Part shown: positions 36,743 to 48,505 of the stretch, piece by piece
How positions within the stretch are numbered: position 1 is the stretch's first letter
Layout: the number at the start of each line of letters is the position of its first letter
Assembly: GCA_964195945.1 (NCBI GenBank)
Contig: CAXMRC010000037.1
Span: 3,217 to 67,216 of the forward strand
DNA from: an uncultured Gemmatimonadales bacterium
GTDB lineage: Bacteria; Actinomycetota; Acidimicrobiia; Spongiisociales; UBA5794
Length of the DNA stretch: 64,000 bases
Reading direction: 5' to 3'
The notes under the pieces: generated by a model
What the model was told of the DNA's origin: nothing
Databases searched by the model: none
What the model saw: the letters and a program-made list of their open reading frames with translations, nothing else
Program-made: the position numbers and the translations under genes

Positions 36743-38737
36743 GTGCAAGAAACAACCTCACGCTACGAACTCGAGAGCACATTGCTTCAGATTGCAGGCA
36801 ACTACTCGTGGACCTGGGATCTGCACGCCCGCGAATTGTTCTCCCGCATTCCCTCTCTCAATGGTGAAGCTTCCCTGCACCCCGCGGAGCGAATCAAGCT
36901 TCTCAACGAGGATGACTGGTCGGCGCTAACCAACGATGGGGACTTCACCCAGCTAGCACGAGCCGCTCACGCCAACATCCCGCCTTCACTCCACCTCAGT
37001 AACGATTCGACCGTTGCCTACTTCAGCCCCGAGTTCGGTGTCTCTGAAATGCTCCCTCAGTACTCGGGCGGACTGGGCGTACTGGCGGGAGACCACCTCA
37101 AGGCAGCGAGTGACCTACGCATGCCGTTGATTGCGGTTGGTTTGTTCTATCGCGACGGGTTCTTCCGTCAAGCTCTCGAGGATGGTCACCAGCGGGAGCG
37201 TTACGTAACCAACAATCCCCGCTTTCTGGCACTGACGGCCACACCTGCGCGAGTGGAACTTCAGCTTGCCGAGCACCTGGTCACGGCCCGGGTGTGGCAG
37301 ACGAACGTCGGCACCACCAGGCTCTTCTTGCTTGACACCGATCTGGACGTGAACCACGAGTGGGGCCGCCGTATATCCGATCGGCTGTACAGCGGTGATC
37401 GCGAGCACCGCATGCGCCAGGAAATGCTGATGGGTGTTGGTGGAGTGCGCGCCATCCGGCAGCTGGGATACGAACCGGCGAAGTTCCACCTCAACGAAGG
37501 TCACGCCGGTTTTCTTGCTCTGGAGCTGTTGGCCGAAGAGGTCGCCAAGGGTCTCACTCTCGACGAGGCCGTATCCGCGATACAAAGTCGCATTGTCTTC
37601 ACCACACATACGCCAGTCCCGGCAGGCATCGACAGGTTCGCACCCGATCTCATGCGCAAATACCTCGGAATCTGGGCTGAACAATACGGCATCGACCTCG
37701 ACGGACTTCTGCGTCTTGGCATCCTCCCCGGCGGTGACGACCACTTCAACATGGCGGCTTTCTGCGTTCGCATCGCCGGTCGGACCAACGGCGTTTCCCG
37801 ACTCCACGGCGAGGTGAGCCGGGCAATGTTCAAGGAAGTCCCGGGTGGCGCGGAGATCACGTCGGTTACCAACGGCGTCCATGCCCGCACCTGGATAGAC
37901 CCTGAGCTGCAGCACGTGTTCGACAACAAACTCGGCCAGGACTGGCACCTCCCCGGCAACGATGCATGGGATCGCGTTGCCGATGTCACTGACGATGAAA
38001 TCCGCATCGTCTTTAGAAGCGGACGCCGCCGGATGATCGACATGGCCAACCGCCAGATCGGTGAGTCAACCAACCTCGATCCGGACGTACTCACCATTGG
38101 GTTCGCCCGTCGCTTCGCCACATACAAGCGCGCTGACTTGCTGTTGTCTGACCTCGAGCGACTCACTGCTCTCATCAACGACGAGGACCGTCCGGTACAG
38201 TTCGTATTCGCCGGGAAGGCCCATCCCGCCGACGAGCCCGGCAAGGACATATTGCGCAACATCGTCAAGTTCGCAGCTGATCCGGCATCACGCGGCCGAT
38301 TCGTTTTCGTACCCGGCTACAACATGGCTGTAGCCCGCGCCATGTATGCCGGTTGCGACGTGTGGCTCAACAACCCGATCCGCCCCAGAGAGGCCTGTGG
38401 CACCAGCGGCGAAAAGGCTGCCCTCAACGGCGGGCTCAACTTCTCGATCCTCGATGGTTGGTGGGATGAAGCCTTCGATGGAGAGAACGGGTGGGCAATC
38501 CCATCCTCGGCTGCAGAGGAAACGCAACAGCGCGATCGGGAAGAAGCCAGCCATCTGTACGACGTCCTCGGCGGCGAGATTGCCCCGCTCTACTACGGCG
38601 ATAGCGGCACGAGCCCCGCGGTTGACTGGCTGGACAAGGTCCGGCACAACTGGAAGAGCCTTGGGCCGTTCGTCACCGCATCCCGCATGGTGAAGGAATA
38701 CGGGGAGCGGATCTATCAAGTGACATCGAGCACTTGA
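36743..38737 (+). CDS. glgP: Alpha-glucan phosphorylase
   Basis: YFSPEFG, YSGGLGVLAGD, HLNEGH, NGVSRLHG, FARRFATYKR, EACGTSGEK. Confidence 0.97.
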   Translation: MQETTSRYELESTLLQIAGNYSWTWDLHARELFSRIPSLNGEASLHPAERIKLLNEDDWSALTNDGDFTQLARAAHANIPPSLHLSNDSTVAYFSPEFGVSEMLPQYSGGLGVLAGDHLKAASDLRMPLIAVGLFYRDGFFRQALEDGHQRERYVTNNPRFLALTATPARVELQLAEHLVTARVWQTNVGTTRLFLLDTDLDVNHEWGRRISDRLYSGDREHRMRQEMLMGVGGVRAIRQLGYEPAKFHLNEGHAGFLALELLAEEVAKGLTLDEAVSAIQSRIVFTTHTPVPAGIDRFAPDLMRKYLGIWAEQYGIDLDGLLRLGILPGGDDHFNMAAFCVRIAGRTNGVSRLHGEVSRAMFKEVPGGAEITSVTNGVHARTWIDPELQHVFDNKLGQDWHLPGNDAWDRVADVTDDEIRIVFRSGRRRMIDMANRQIGESTNLDPDVLTIGFARRFATYKRADLLLSDLERLTALINDEDRPVQFVFAGKAHPADEPGKDILRNIVKFAADPASRGRFVFVPGYNMAVARAMYAGCDVWLNNPIRPREACGTSGEKAALNGGLNFSILDGWWDEAFDGENGWAIPSSAAEETQQRDREEASHLYDVLGGEIAPLYYGDSGTSPAVDWLDKVRHNWKSLGPFVTASRMVKEYGERIYQVTSST

Positions 38738-40842
38738 GTTCCCGCGTCTGGCCCGGCGAATCGTATCCCCTCGGGGCAACCTACGACGGGGCAGGCACTA
38801 ACTTTGCGATCTACGCCGAGAATGCTGACCGCGTCGAACTATGCCTCTTCGACGATGACAACAACGAAGCCCGTATCCGTCTCGACGAGATAACCGCATT
38901 TACACATCACGCCTATGTGGTTGATGTCGGACCAGGGCAGCGGTACGGATTCAGGGTGCACGGACCGTGGTCCCCTGCCGACGGACTCGCCTTCAACTCA
39001 GCCAAGCTACTCCTTGATCCGTACAGCAAAGCAATCGAAGGCACGGTGACGTGGTCGGATGAAGTCTTCGCCTATCAGAAGACACACCCCGACCGGATTA
39101 GCGAAACCGATAGCGCTCCCAATATGCCGCGCTCCATCGTGGTTGATCCGTCGTTCGACTGGGGAGACGACACCGCACCAGGCATCCCTCTGTACAAATC
39201 GGTGCTCTACGAGACGCACGTCAGGGGAATTTCGATGACCCACCCCGACGTTCCACCCGAGATCCGCGGGACCTACGCCGGGATGGCAAGCAAACCAATC
39301 ATCGAGCACCTGAAGGAGCTTGGCGTCTCCGCAGTCGAGCTCATGCCGGTGCACCATTTCGTCTCCGAGCATTCACTTATAGAAAACGATCTGACCAACT
39401 ACTGGGGGTATGCCTCAATCGGCTATCTCGCCCCCCACGGGGGCTATTCAGCTTCTGGAGACCGCGGCCAGCAGGTCGTCGAATTCAAGAAGATGGTCAA
39501 GGCGCTCCATGCGGCAAATATCGAGGTGATCCTCGACGTTGTCTACAACCACACATGTGAAGGCAGCATGCTCGGGCCGGCGCTGTCTTTCCGCGGCATC
39601 GATAATCAGACGTACTACCGGATAGATCCCAGCGACCGGCGTCGCTACGTCGACTACACCGGAACAGGAAACAGCCTCAACGTTCGGCATCCGGCAGTGC
39701 TCAAACTCATCATGGATAGTCTCCGCTATTGGGTAACCGAGATGCATGTTGACGGGTTCCGCTTCGATCTTGCCTCAACGCTGGCGCGAGAACTCCACGA
39801 CGTCGACAAACTCTCCTCTTTCTTCGATCTGATCCAGCAAGACCCGGTGGTCAGCCGGGTCAAGCTGATCGCCGAACCATGGGACGTCGGCGATGGCGGC
39901 TATCAGGTGGGCAACTTCCCCCCGCTGTGGTCGGAATGGAACGCAAAGTATCGAGACGGTATCCGTGACTACTGGAGAGGGACCGATTGGTCACTAGCCA
40001 ACTTCGCATTACGGTTCACCGGCTCATCCGATCTCTACGGTTTCTCGGGAAGACGCCCCCACGCAAGCATCAACTTTGTTACCGCCCACGACGGATTCAC
40101 ACTCAACGATCTGGTCTCCTACAACGACAAACACAACACTGCCAACGGTGAACAGAACCGTGACGGCGAATCACACAATCGCTCTTGGAATTCGGGGGCG
40201 GAAGGGCCCAGTAGCGACCCCGACATCACCACGATCCGGAAACGACGCCAGCGGTCCATACTGATGACGCTGTTGCTGTCACAAGGTGTCCCGATGCTGC
40301 TCGGGGGCGACGAGCTAGGACGCACTCAGGGTGGCAACAACAACGCCTATTGCCAGGACAACGAGATCTCCTGGTACGACTGGGATCGTACCGACCGGTT
40401 CTTGTTGGGGTTTACCAAAAGGCTGATAGGCATCCGCAACGACCACCCCGTGTTTCGGAGGCGCCGCTGGTTCGAAGGCAGGCCTGTCCATGGTGAGGAT
40501 GTACGCGATATCGGCTGGTACAACACCGACGGAACACCGATGTCCGATAATGACTGGAACCTCGGATACGCTCGGTCGCTCTCTGTGTTCCTCAATGGCA
40601 AGGCCATCCCAACACCGGGGCCCCAGGGCGAGCGCGTAGACGATGACAGTTTCCTCGTCCTCTTCAACGCCCACACCGAGCCGGTAACCTTCACGGTACC
40701 GCAGGACCTCGGCGATTTTGAGTGGCAAGTTATGCTTGATACATCACGGGAAATGACCTGTAGCGATCTGATCGGAGCAGCTGATGCATGGCCCGTTCAG
40801 GGATGGTCGGTTGTGCTACTGCAGCAAATCCAACAACAATGA
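38734..40842 (+). CDS. glgX: Glycogen debranching enzyme (isoamylase)
   Basis: YPLGATYDG, NYWGY, LDVVYNH, DGFRFDLAS, IAEPWD, TAHDGFTL. Confidence 0.97.
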   Translation: MSSRVWPGESYPLGATYDGAGTNFAIYAENADRVELCLFDDDNNEARIRLDEITAFTHHAYVVDVGPGQRYGFRVHGPWSPADGLAFNSAKLLLDPYSKAIEGTVTWSDEVFAYQKTHPDRISETDSAPNMPRSIVVDPSFDWGDDTAPGIPLYKSVLYETHVRGISMTHPDVPPEIRGTYAGMASKPIIEHLKELGVSAVELMPVHHFVSEHSLIENDLTNYWGYASIGYLAPHGGYSASGDRGQQVVEFKKMVKALHAANIEVILDVVYNHTCEGSMLGPALSFRGIDNQTYYRIDPSDRRRYVDYTGTGNSLNVRHPAVLKLIMDSLRYWVTEMHVDGFRFDLASTLARELHDVDKLSSFFDLIQQDPVVSRVKLIAEPWDVGDGGYQVGNFPPLWSEWNAKYRDGIRDYWRGTDWSLANFALRFTGSSDLYGFSGRRPHASINFVTAHDGFTLNDLVSYNDKHNTANGEQNRDGESHNRSWNSGAEGPSSDPDITTIRKRRQRSILMTLLLSQGVPMLLGGDELGRTQGGNNNAYCQDNEISWYDWDRTDRFLLGFTKRLIGIRNDHPVFRRRRWFEGRPVHGEDVRDIGWYNTDGTPMSDNDWNLGYARSLSVFLNGKAIPTPGPQGERVDDDSFLVLFNAHTEPVTFTVPQDLGDFEWQVMLDTSREMTCSDLIGAADAWPVQGWSVVLLQQIQQQ

Positions 40843-42248
40843 GGGTGCTGTTTGCCACCGCAGAGCTGAGTCCCTTGGCACGGGTTGGAGGGTTGGCCGA
40901 GGCCGCGGCGGGCCTGGTGGTAGCCCTGCGTACGGCCGGCATCACTGTGGACCTTATTCTCCCCGACTACAGCGAAACCGAGTTGACTGACGAAAGACCT
41001 CGGGATCTCGCAGTACCGAAGTGGGCCCGGCCGGCCACCGCACGGCGCGGCATTGCTGCCGGGGTTGGCGATGTCACCCTGGTCAGGGTCCCTGGAATGG
41101 TCCGCCCTCATCCCTACATCGACGAGAGTGGCGAAGGCTGGCCGGACAACGACATTCGGTTTTTTGCCTTCGCAGCTGCGGTTGCCAACCTCATCAAGAC
41201 AAGCACCCCAGATGTTGTGCATCTCAACGACTGGCACACCGCAGCCGCTCTAGCTTTCCTCCGCAGACGCCCCCCTGCGGTATTCACTATTCACACGCTT
41301 GGCTACCAAGGTTGGGCTGGTCCGGAATGGCTGCCGCGGATTCCGAACCACTTTTCTGCCTACGAGAGTTTCGGTGACGTCAACCCACTGGCAGGAGCGA
41401 TCCAGGTTGCGGACCGTGTCATCACCGTCAGTCCCAACTATGCAGACGAAATCCGAAGGCCCGAGTCGGGAATGGGTCTTGACCACATCCTGGCCGGGCT
41501 TGGTGATCGTCTGGTCGGTATCCGCAACGGGATTGACACTGCGATCTGGAATCCGGCAACCGACGGCATGCTGTCGGCCGGCTACAGCATCGGTGATCTC
41601 AGCGGGAAAGAGGCGTCCCGCAAAGACCTGCACCACGAGACGGGGTGGGTCGATGATGGCACCCCGCTGGTTGGCATGGTCACCCGTCTGGTTGACCAGA
41701 AAGGAATCGACCTGGCACTGGAGGCAGTTCGATATGCATCCGGTGTCCCGTATCGGTTGGTAATGCTTGGCTCGGGAGATAAGCGACTGACGGATTGGGC
41801 TCGTTGGGCTGCAGAGACTTGGTCCCCGAACGTCTTCTTCGCCGACGGATACAACGAGAACCTGGCGCACAAAATCTTCGCTGGTTCTGACCTCTTGCTC
41901 ATGCCGAGCCGCTTCGAGCCATGCGGACTGGCTCAGATGCAGGCTATGGCATACGCGACCATTCCTGTGGTGACAGATGTCGGCGGGCTTCACGACACGG
42001 TGATCGATGCGGATTCCGATCGGAAGAAGGGGACCGGGTTCCTCGCCACCACCGTCACCGTTCCAGGGGTGGTCGACGCTCTACATCGTGCTGTCCGCGC
42101 CTGGCGACACAAACAACGGCGTACCGCCATCCAAAAACGCGGGATGGGTCAAGACTGGTCTTGGCAGCGACCGGCGCAGCAACACATCGATCTCTACGAG
42201 GAAATGCTGGCGCAGTCTGCCGGCCCCGAATCTCCTAGGCGTACTTGA
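40839..42248 (+). CDS. glgA: ADP-glucose glycogen synthase (GT5)
   Basis: RVGGL (KxGGL-like), [41 protein letters not shown]; ATGA overlap with glgX. Confidence 0.93.
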   Translation: MRVLFATAELSPLARVGGLAEAAAGLVVALRTAGITVDLILPDYSETELTDERPRDLAVPKWARPATARRGIAAGVGDVTLVRVPGMVRPHPYIDESGEGWPDNDIRFFAFAAAVANLIKTSTPDVVHLNDWHTAAALAFLRRRPPAVFTIHTLGYQGWAGPEWLPRIPNHFSAYESFGDVNPLAGAIQVADRVITVSPNYADEIRRPESGMGLDHILAGLGDRLVGIRNGIDTAIWNPATDGMLSAGYSIGDLSGKEASRKDLHHETGWVDDGTPLVGMVTRLVDQKGIDLALEAVRYASGVPYRLVMLGSGDKRLTDWARWAAETWSPNVFFADGYNENLAHKIFAGSDLLLMPSRFEPCGLAQMQAMAYATIPVVTDVGGLHDTVIDADSDRKKGTGFLATTVTVPGVVDALHRAVRAWRHKQRRTAIQKRGMGQDWSWQRPAQQHIDLYEEMLAQSAGPESPRRT

Positions 42249-43485
42249 CCTTTTGGCCCTTGCCGATGGCGATAATCCCACCTGGCGACACCACAAACTC
42301 TTCAGCATCACGTGCCGCATCGGTGCCAATCTGCCGGTTGCGCGGGATTACTACGTGTTTGTCGACGATGGAGTTACGAATCGTGGCGTTGGCACCGACA
42401 TGAACGTCGTCGAAGAGAATCGATCCCTCGACGGTGGCCCCAGGTTCAATCCTCACGTTCGGCGACAAGACCGAACCATGGACTGTTGCTCCGGTGACAA
42501 TGCATCCAGGCGACAGCATTGAGTTGGCGATGTCACCTGAGCCGTATTCACCGTGAGCGACGATCTTGGCAGGTGGCAACGTGCGGAACTGGGTAAATAC
42601 CCGCCAGTCGTCGTTATACAGGTTGAAGACCGGATGTGGGGCAACGAGATCCATGTTGGCTTCGTAATACGAATCGAGCGTCCCAACGTCTCTCCAATAA
42701 TGCCGATCGCGCGGTGTCTCGCCAGGGACCTCGTTGGTGGTGAAGTCGTACACGTGAGCCTGCCCGGAAGCGACAAGCGCAGGGATGATGTCACCGCCAA
42801 GATCCCGACCCGATTCCTTGTCCTCAGCGTCAGCGTTGAGAACATCGACAAGAACCTCGGAGCTGAAGATGTAGTTGCCCATGGATGCAAGCACCTCATC
42901 AGGGTTGTCAGCCAAACCCTTCGGATCGTCAGGCTTCTCCAGAAACGCATCGATCATCGACGAATAAGGGTTCCGCTCGATGACACCAAAAGCGCTCGCC
43001 TCGGCACGAGGCACCCGGATCGCGGCAACGGTTACGCCAGCCCCACTGTCGATGTGATGTTCCAGCATCTGCCTCGGGTCCATGCGGTAAATATGATCTG
43101 CGCCGAAAACAAAGATGTAGTCGGGGTGCTCATCGTCTATGAGATTCATATTCTGAAAAATGGCGTCTGCCGAACCCGCGAACCATTGCGGGCCGCGACG
43201 CATTTGGGCAGGAACAGAGGTGACGTAGTTGCCCAAGAATGTCGACATGCGCCATGTCGTCGACAGGTGCACATCAAGGCTGTGACTCTTGTACTGAGTG
43301 AGAACGACAATCTTGCGAAACTCACCGTTCGCCAGGTTGGAGAGCGCAAAGTCGATCAGCCGATACTGGCCACCGTACGGAACGGCTGGTTTCGCTCGCA
43401 CCGAAGTGAGCGGCAGCAATCGTGAGCCCTGCCCTCCGGCTAGAACCATGGAAAGGACCTTCGGAGTCGAAGCGCGAGTAAGCAT
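42235..43485 (-). CDS. glgC: Glucose-1-phosphate adenylyltransferase
   Basis: [45 protein letters not shown]. Confidence 0.97.
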   Translation of the reverse strand: MLTRASTPKVLSMVLAGGQGSRLLPLTSVRAKPAVPYGGQYRLIDFALSNLANGEFRKIVVLTQYKSHSLDVHLSTTWRMSTFLGNYVTSVPAQMRRGPQWFAGSADAIFQNMNLIDDEHPDYIFVFGADHIYRMDPRQMLEHHIDSGAGVTVAAIRVPRAEASAFGVIERNPYSSMIDAFLEKPDDPKGLADNPDEVLASMGNYIFSSEVLVDVLNADAEDKESGRDLGGDIIPALVASGQAHVYDFTTNEVPGETPRDRHYWRDVGTLDSYYEANMDLVAPHPVFNLYNDDWRVFTQFRTLPPAKIVAHGEYGSGDIANSMLSPGCIVTGATVHGSVLSPNVRIEPGATVEGSILFDDVHVGANATIRNSIVDKHVVIPRNRQIGTDAARDAEEFVVSPGGIIAIGKGQKVKYA

Positions 43486-43581
43486 GAACACATGATGCCA
43501 CATCGACCAAGAACCTCCACAAAAGCGCCGACGCCCGCATCGAGATTGCCTACCGGCCTTGCAGCACTGTAATTTGCAGTC

Positions 43582-45435
43582 ATGACGCAACGATCATTCA
43601 CAGACGACGACCGCTGGTCGTTCAACGGCGGAACCCACGCATCTCTCTACGACATCCTCGGTGCACAGGTCGACGGAACAGGGACAACGTTCCGGGTTTG
43701 GGCACCATCCGCATCACGAGTCGAAGTCGTCGGTGATTTCAACTCATGGACCGATGGTTGGGCACTAGGTCCTGATCGGTCAGGCATCTGGAGCGGACAT
43801 ATTCCTGATCTTGGACCGGGTGAGATCTACAAATACCGGATTACCCCCAGCAAAGGGCCCGCCTTCGACAAAGCCGACCCGTTTGCGTTCCGAGCCCAGG
43901 AACCCCCGCGAACCGCATCGGTCGTTTGGGACCTCGGATACGAATGGGCGGACCAAGCCTGGATGAAGACCAGGGCCAAAAACAATGCTCTCGACGCACC
44001 GATCTCAATATACGAACTTCACCTTGGTTCGTGGCGGTACGAGCCAGGCGGCTACCGCGCCATCGCCCATCAACTGGCTGAGTACGTGCTCGAGGTTGGA
44101 TTCACCCACGTCGAGCTGCTCCCTGTCATGGAACACCCCTTCTACGGGTCATGGGGTTACCAATCGACCGGGTACTTTGCGGCAACCGCCCGATATGGCA
44201 CCCCCCAAGACCTGATGTACCTCGTCGACTACCTGCATCAGAAGGGAATAGGGGTGATCCTCGACTGGGTTCCCTCGCATTTCCCGTCAGACGCCCACGG
44301 TCTTGCTGCCTTCGACGGAACCCACCTCTACGAACACAGCGATCCGCAACTCGGCTATCACCCCGATTGGGACAGCCTGATCTTCAATTACGACCGGTTC
44401 GAGGTGAGGAGCTTTCTTCTCTCCAGCGCTCTGTTCTGGCTCGACAAGTATCACGCGGACGGTATCCGGGTCGATGCGGTTGCCTCAATGCTCTACCGGG
44501 ACTACTCGCGCAAGGAGGGCGAGTGGATACCCAACGAGTTCGGGGGTCGGGAGAATCTCGGCGCTATCTCGCTGCTGCAACTCATCAACAAAGCCGCATA
44601 TGCACGCCATCCCGATATCCAGATGTACGCCGAGGAGTCCACCGCCTTCCCGATGGTGACCCACCCGACCGACGTCGGTGGTCTTGGCTTCGGCCAGAAA
44701 TGGGACATGGGCTGGATGAATGACACTTTGCGATATGTGGCAAAGGACCCCGTCCATCGTCGCCACCACCACTCGGTCCTCAGCTTTCGAATGGTTTATG
44801 CATTCAATGAGAACTTCACGTTGCCGCTGTCTCATGACGAGGTGGTACACGGCAAAGGGTCCCTGCTGAGCAAACAGCCCGGCGACCGTTGGCAACAGTT
44901 CGCCGGCCTGCGTCTGCTCTTTGGCTATCAATGGGCACAACCTGGCAAAAAACTCCTGTTCATGGGGGGCGAATTCGGTGCTGCAAGCGAATGGAACCAT
45001 GAGCAAGAGCTCGACTGGGTCGCGGCCGGCGACTCGGACAACATCGGAGTGACCAGATGGGTCTCCGATCTCAACCGTCTGTTGCAGGACAACACATCGC
45101 TTCACCAAAGAGATAACGATCCTGAGGGTTTTCGCTGGGTCGTCGGCAATGACGATGCCAACAGTGTCTACGCCTTCCTCCGGTTCGACCACAGTGGAAA
45201 ACCCCTGCTATTCGTGGCCAACTTCACCCCGGTGGTGCGGAACGACTATCGGCTCGGGCTACCGAGCGACGGCGACTGGGTCGAGGTCCTTAACGGTGAT
45301 CACCTTCGCTACGGGGGCAGCGGAATCACCAATCCCGGGAATCTCACCGCCGACTCAATACCCAGCCATGGCTTCGATCAATCAATCGCGATCACAGTGC
45401 CACCGCTCACCGGCATTTTCCTGGCCCCAGCGTAA
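43582..45435 (+). CDS. glgB: 1,4-alpha-glucan branching enzyme
   Basis: [53 protein letters not shown]; TAATTT -10 6 nt before ATG. Confidence 0.97.
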   Translation: MTQRSFTDDDRWSFNGGTHASLYDILGAQVDGTGTTFRVWAPSASRVEVVGDFNSWTDGWALGPDRSGIWSGHIPDLGPGEIYKYRITPSKGPAFDKADPFAFRAQEPPRTASVVWDLGYEWADQAWMKTRAKNNALDAPISIYELHLGSWRYEPGGYRAIAHQLAEYVLEVGFTHVELLPVMEHPFYGSWGYQSTGYFAATARYGTPQDLMYLVDYLHQKGIGVILDWVPSHFPSDAHGLAAFDGTHLYEHSDPQLGYHPDWDSLIFNYDRFEVRSFLLSSALFWLDKYHADGIRVDAVASMLYRDYSRKEGEWIPNEFGGRENLGAISLLQLINKAAYARHPDIQMYAEESTAFPMVTHPTDVGGLGFGQKWDMGWMNDTLRYVAKDPVHRRHHHSVLSFRMVYAFNENFTLPLSHDEVVHGKGSLLSKQPGDRWQQFAGLRLLFGYQWAQPGKKLLFMGGEFGAASEWNHEQELDWVAAGDSDNIGVTRWVSDLNRLLQDNTSLHQRDNDPEGFRWVVGNDDANSVYAFLRFDHSGKPLLFVANFTPVVRNDYRLGLPSDGDWVEVLNGDHLRYGGSGITNPGNLTADSIPSHGFDQSIAITVPPLTGIFLAPA

Positions 45436-45508
45436 GAAACCTCACCCAGGGATCTAGCGAGCCAGCGGATCGTTTAGGTAGCGCCGCTCGATACCGATAA
45501 GCGACTCT

Positions 45509-46426
45509 ATGCCCTCAGCGATAGAGTTCTCTCACGTCACCAGACGGTTTGGCGACATCACAGCAGTTGACGATCTAACCCTCGAAGTGCCGGAAGGATC
45601 GATCACGGTTCTGCTCGGCCCCAACGGGGCCGGCAAGACAACCACGGTGCGTCTGGCAACCGGAGCGCTGGGTAGCGACAAAGGTGCCATAAGGGTTCTC
45701 GGTCTCGACCCGCAAACAGACGGCGACGAAGTTCGGGCGCGGTGCGCGGTCGTACCTCCAAAACCAGCGCTGTATGACAATCTGACCGGCTGGGAGAACC
45801 TCAAATTCAGCGCAGACATCTTCGCCGCCGACCACGCCGCGATCCGGCCCGCCGCAGAACGATTCGGTATCGAGCACGCTCTCGACCTCAATGTCGGTGG
45901 CTACTCCACTGGGATGAGAACACGACTCGCATTGGCCCGTGCCGTTCTCCACGATCCGGAGGTATTGCTCCTGGACGAGCCGACCGCAGGTCTCGACCCG
46001 GAATCGGCCAGGGCGGTCCTCAATCTGATTCGAGAGCTCGCGGGACGAGGGCGGACGATCGTCCTTTGTACCCATCTGCTGCACGAAGCCGAAGGTGTCG
46101 CCGACCAGGTAGTCCTCATGGGGGCAGGACACGCTCGAATCGTCGGAAGCCAGGACGATCTCGCCGACAGATTCGTGACCAATCCCGCTGTCATCATCGA
46201 TGCAGAAGATCGGAGCTCGCTGACAAGGCTCAACGAGCACCGCGATGTCGTATCCGCCGAGTGGAATGGTGCCATCCACGTACGGTTGGCCCATCTCGAT
46301 CGATTACCCGACCTTGTCGCTGATCTGGTTGGTTCAGGAGTTCGCATCACCAGGGTCGAGCCAGATAATCCGACTCTGGAGACGCTCTACTTTGAGATGC
46401 AGCGATCGCTACGGGAGGAATCATGA
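45509..46426 (+). CDS. ABC-2 type exporter ATP-binding subunit
   Basis: GPNGAGKT, YSTGM signature, LLDEPT, THLL. Confidence 0.95.
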   Translation: MPSAIEFSHVTRRFGDITAVDDLTLEVPEGSITVLLGPNGAGKTTTVRLATGALGSDKGAIRVLGLDPQTDGDEVRARCAVVPPKPALYDNLTGWENLKFSADIFAADHAAIRPAAERFGIEHALDLNVGGYSTGMRTRLALARAVLHDPEVLLLDEPTAGLDPESARAVLNLIRELAGRGRTIVLCTHLLHEAEGVADQVVLMGAGHARIVGSQDDLADRFVTNPAVIIDAEDRSSLTRLNEHRDVVSAEWNGAIHVRLAHLDRLPDLVADLVGSGVRITRVEPDNPTLETLYFEMQRSLREES

Positions 46427-47247
46427 GGTGGGACCGCATGCTCACCGTGGCCCGCATCGACCTGCGTCGTCTATTCAAGAGCAAGGATTACTGGATCCCT
46501 ATGGGGTTCCTCGCCTCGGTGTTCTTCATAGGGCTACCGTTTCTGTTGCTCACCATCGTGACATCGACAACCAGCAGTGATCTAGTCAACAAGATCGGCG
46601 AAGTCCTCCAGACGCTTCCCGGCCCGGTACAAGACAACGTTGTTGGTACAACGCCAGAAGCACGCGGGGCCTACATGCTTGCTGTATATCTGCTGGCCCC
46701 GGTGGCAATCGTGGTTCCTCTGACGATCTCCTCTGCGGTGGGCGCACACGCCATAGTCGGCGAGCGCGAACGAGGAACCGGCGAGTTTCTGGCTCACTCA
46801 CCGCTGACAGAGCGAGAAATCTTTATGGGCAAAATGCTGGCCAGCCTGGTGCCTGGATTCCTGGCGACGGCGGTCGGCTTTGCCGTCTATTCGCTCCTCG
46901 TGAACATCAAGGTCGGCCCGCTGATCGGTGGCTGGTTCTTCCCGACGGCCGGGTGGTGGATCTTGATCGTATGGGTGGTCCCTCCGTTTATCGCCCTTGC
47001 CCTTTCGGTAATCCTGTGGGTTTCTTCGAAGGTGCGCAGCACCGCCGCTGCCCAGCAAGCCGCGACGCTTGTGTCCCTGCCGGTTATATTCGCCGCCTAC
47101 GGGGTATCGAGCGGCTTGCTCATCAATCCCGTGTTGGCAGCTTTCGGTATCGGTCTCGTGGCGTGGGTCTTGGCCATCTTGGGGCTCATCACTGGATCCA
47201 GGGCACTCAGCCGTGAAAGCCTGCTCGGTTTCGGAGGTGATGGTTGA
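46423..47247 (+). CDS. ABC-2 type exporter permease
   Basis: IVGERERGTGEFL...PL...GK motif, about six TM segments; ATGA overlap. Confidence 0.9.
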   Translation: MRWDRMLTVARIDLRRLFKSKDYWIPMGFLASVFFIGLPFLLLTIVTSTTSSDLVNKIGEVLQTLPGPVQDNVVGTTPEARGAYMLAVYLLAPVAIVVPLTISSAVGAHAIVGERERGTGEFLAHSPLTEREIFMGKMLASLVPGFLATAVGFAVYSLLVNIKVGPLIGGWFFPTAGWWILIVWVVPPFIALALSVILWVSSKVRSTAAAQQAATLVSLPVIFAAYGVSSGLLINPVLAAFGIGLVAWVLAILGLITGSRALSRESLLGFGGDG

Positions 47248-48449
47248 ACAAGGCGCCACTAATCGATGATGATTCTGGTGGAAGTGCTGTCAGGATCGGC
47301 AACCTGTCTGTCCCTCGAGAGTTCGTCTGGGTTCTACTGCTGACGCTCGTCCTTGTGGTCGGTCTCAGCGTGGCTTCATCACCCTGGGCGGTCTACCGGA
47401 ACGACCCCATCGCGTTTGCGGATCGATCTCGGCCCTTCCTGGATGGTCAGTTGCCCTACATCGATTTTGAGTTCGAACACTTGCCCCTGGCGTTCATTCC
47501 GATGCTGGCATCGGCCCTTCTCGAAACAGTCCTTCCCATCCACTACACAGTCATCTTCTGGCTGCTGATGAGCGGGGTGCTGTTCGGCTGCGGCGTTGTA
47601 CTGAATCGAATTGGCCGCGAAGTCGGCGTTGCTGACGCCGCGTTGCGGTGGGTTGTCATCTCCTGGGCTGTCCTGCCGCTGCTCTCATTCAGGTTGGATG
47701 CCCTTTCGGTGCTCTTAACCCTGATTGCCCTGCTGTGCGCCATTGTTGGCAAACATCGCAAGTCGGCGTGGGCGATGGCAGGTGCCATCGCTGCAAAAGG
47801 GTGGCCAATTGTGCTCTCGGTTGTGGACTGGTGGAGAGGCGAACGACGGCGCGCGGCTGCAACCGTAGCTTTGACCACGATTGGCGTACTTGGGCTCGCC
47901 ATGTTCCCCATGTTCCGCTCCGGACGCTCGTTCTCGGGCGTCCACATCGAGACATTCACGGGTGCTCTCATCGCTCTGATTCGCACTCTGTCCGGTTCTT
48001 CCACGGAGGTGTCATTTGCAGCAGGTGCCAGCTACGTAGAGGCGGGAGTCTGGGCGTTAGTCGTGAACGTACTGATCGGCCTGAGTCTCGGCATATACGC
48101 CTTGCGTGTGCTCGGGACCCGGTTCGACTGGCGTCGTGCCATTGATCTCCTCGGAGTTCTCACGATCGCGCTGATGTTGCTCAGCCCGCTGCTGTCGGCT
48201 CAGTTTGTCATCTGGGTGACACCATTTGCAGCTCTCAGCTCCAGCTCCAGGGTTCGGATGGGGGTCGCCGCTGCAGCATTGCTGACTGGTGTATTCGTGA
48301 CATTTTGGTTCATGGAGTCGTGGTGGTGGTGGGCGGTGATCGTCGCCCGCAACGTCATCTTGTTGTGGACCGGCTGGAGTTGGGCTCAACACCTGTCATG
48401 GCCACGACCGCAGGTCAAGCTTGACGTGGCCAAAGGTGCGGCGGTGTAG
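47244..48449 (+). CDS. Multi-TM GT-C glycosyltransferase-like protein (GT87/DUF2029-like)
   Basis: PYIDFEFEHLP loop, RLDA, AKGWP, SAQFVIW; about ten TM segments. Confidence 0.65.
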   Translation: MNKAPLIDDDSGGSAVRIGNLSVPREFVWVLLLTLVLVVGLSVASSPWAVYRNDPIAFADRSRPFLDGQLPYIDFEFEHLPLAFIPMLASALLETVLPIHYTVIFWLLMSGVLFGCGVVLNRIGREVGVADAALRWVVISWAVLPLLSFRLDALSVLLTLIALLCAIVGKHRKSAWAMAGAIAAKGWPIVLSVVDWWRGERRRAAATVALTTIGVLGLAMFPMFRSGRSFSGVHIETFTGALIALIRTLSGSSTEVSFAAGASYVEAGVWALVVNVLIGLSLGIYALRVLGTRFDWRRAIDLLGVLTIALMLLSPLLSAQFVIWVTPFAALSSSSRVRMGVAAAALLTGVFVTFWFMESWWWWAVIVARNVILLWTGWSWAQHLSWPRPQVKLDVAKGAAV

Positions 48450-48505
48450 CGATGGTTGAGGAATAGACACATCTCGAGGACTCGACACTCCCGATCTTCA
48501 TCTGG

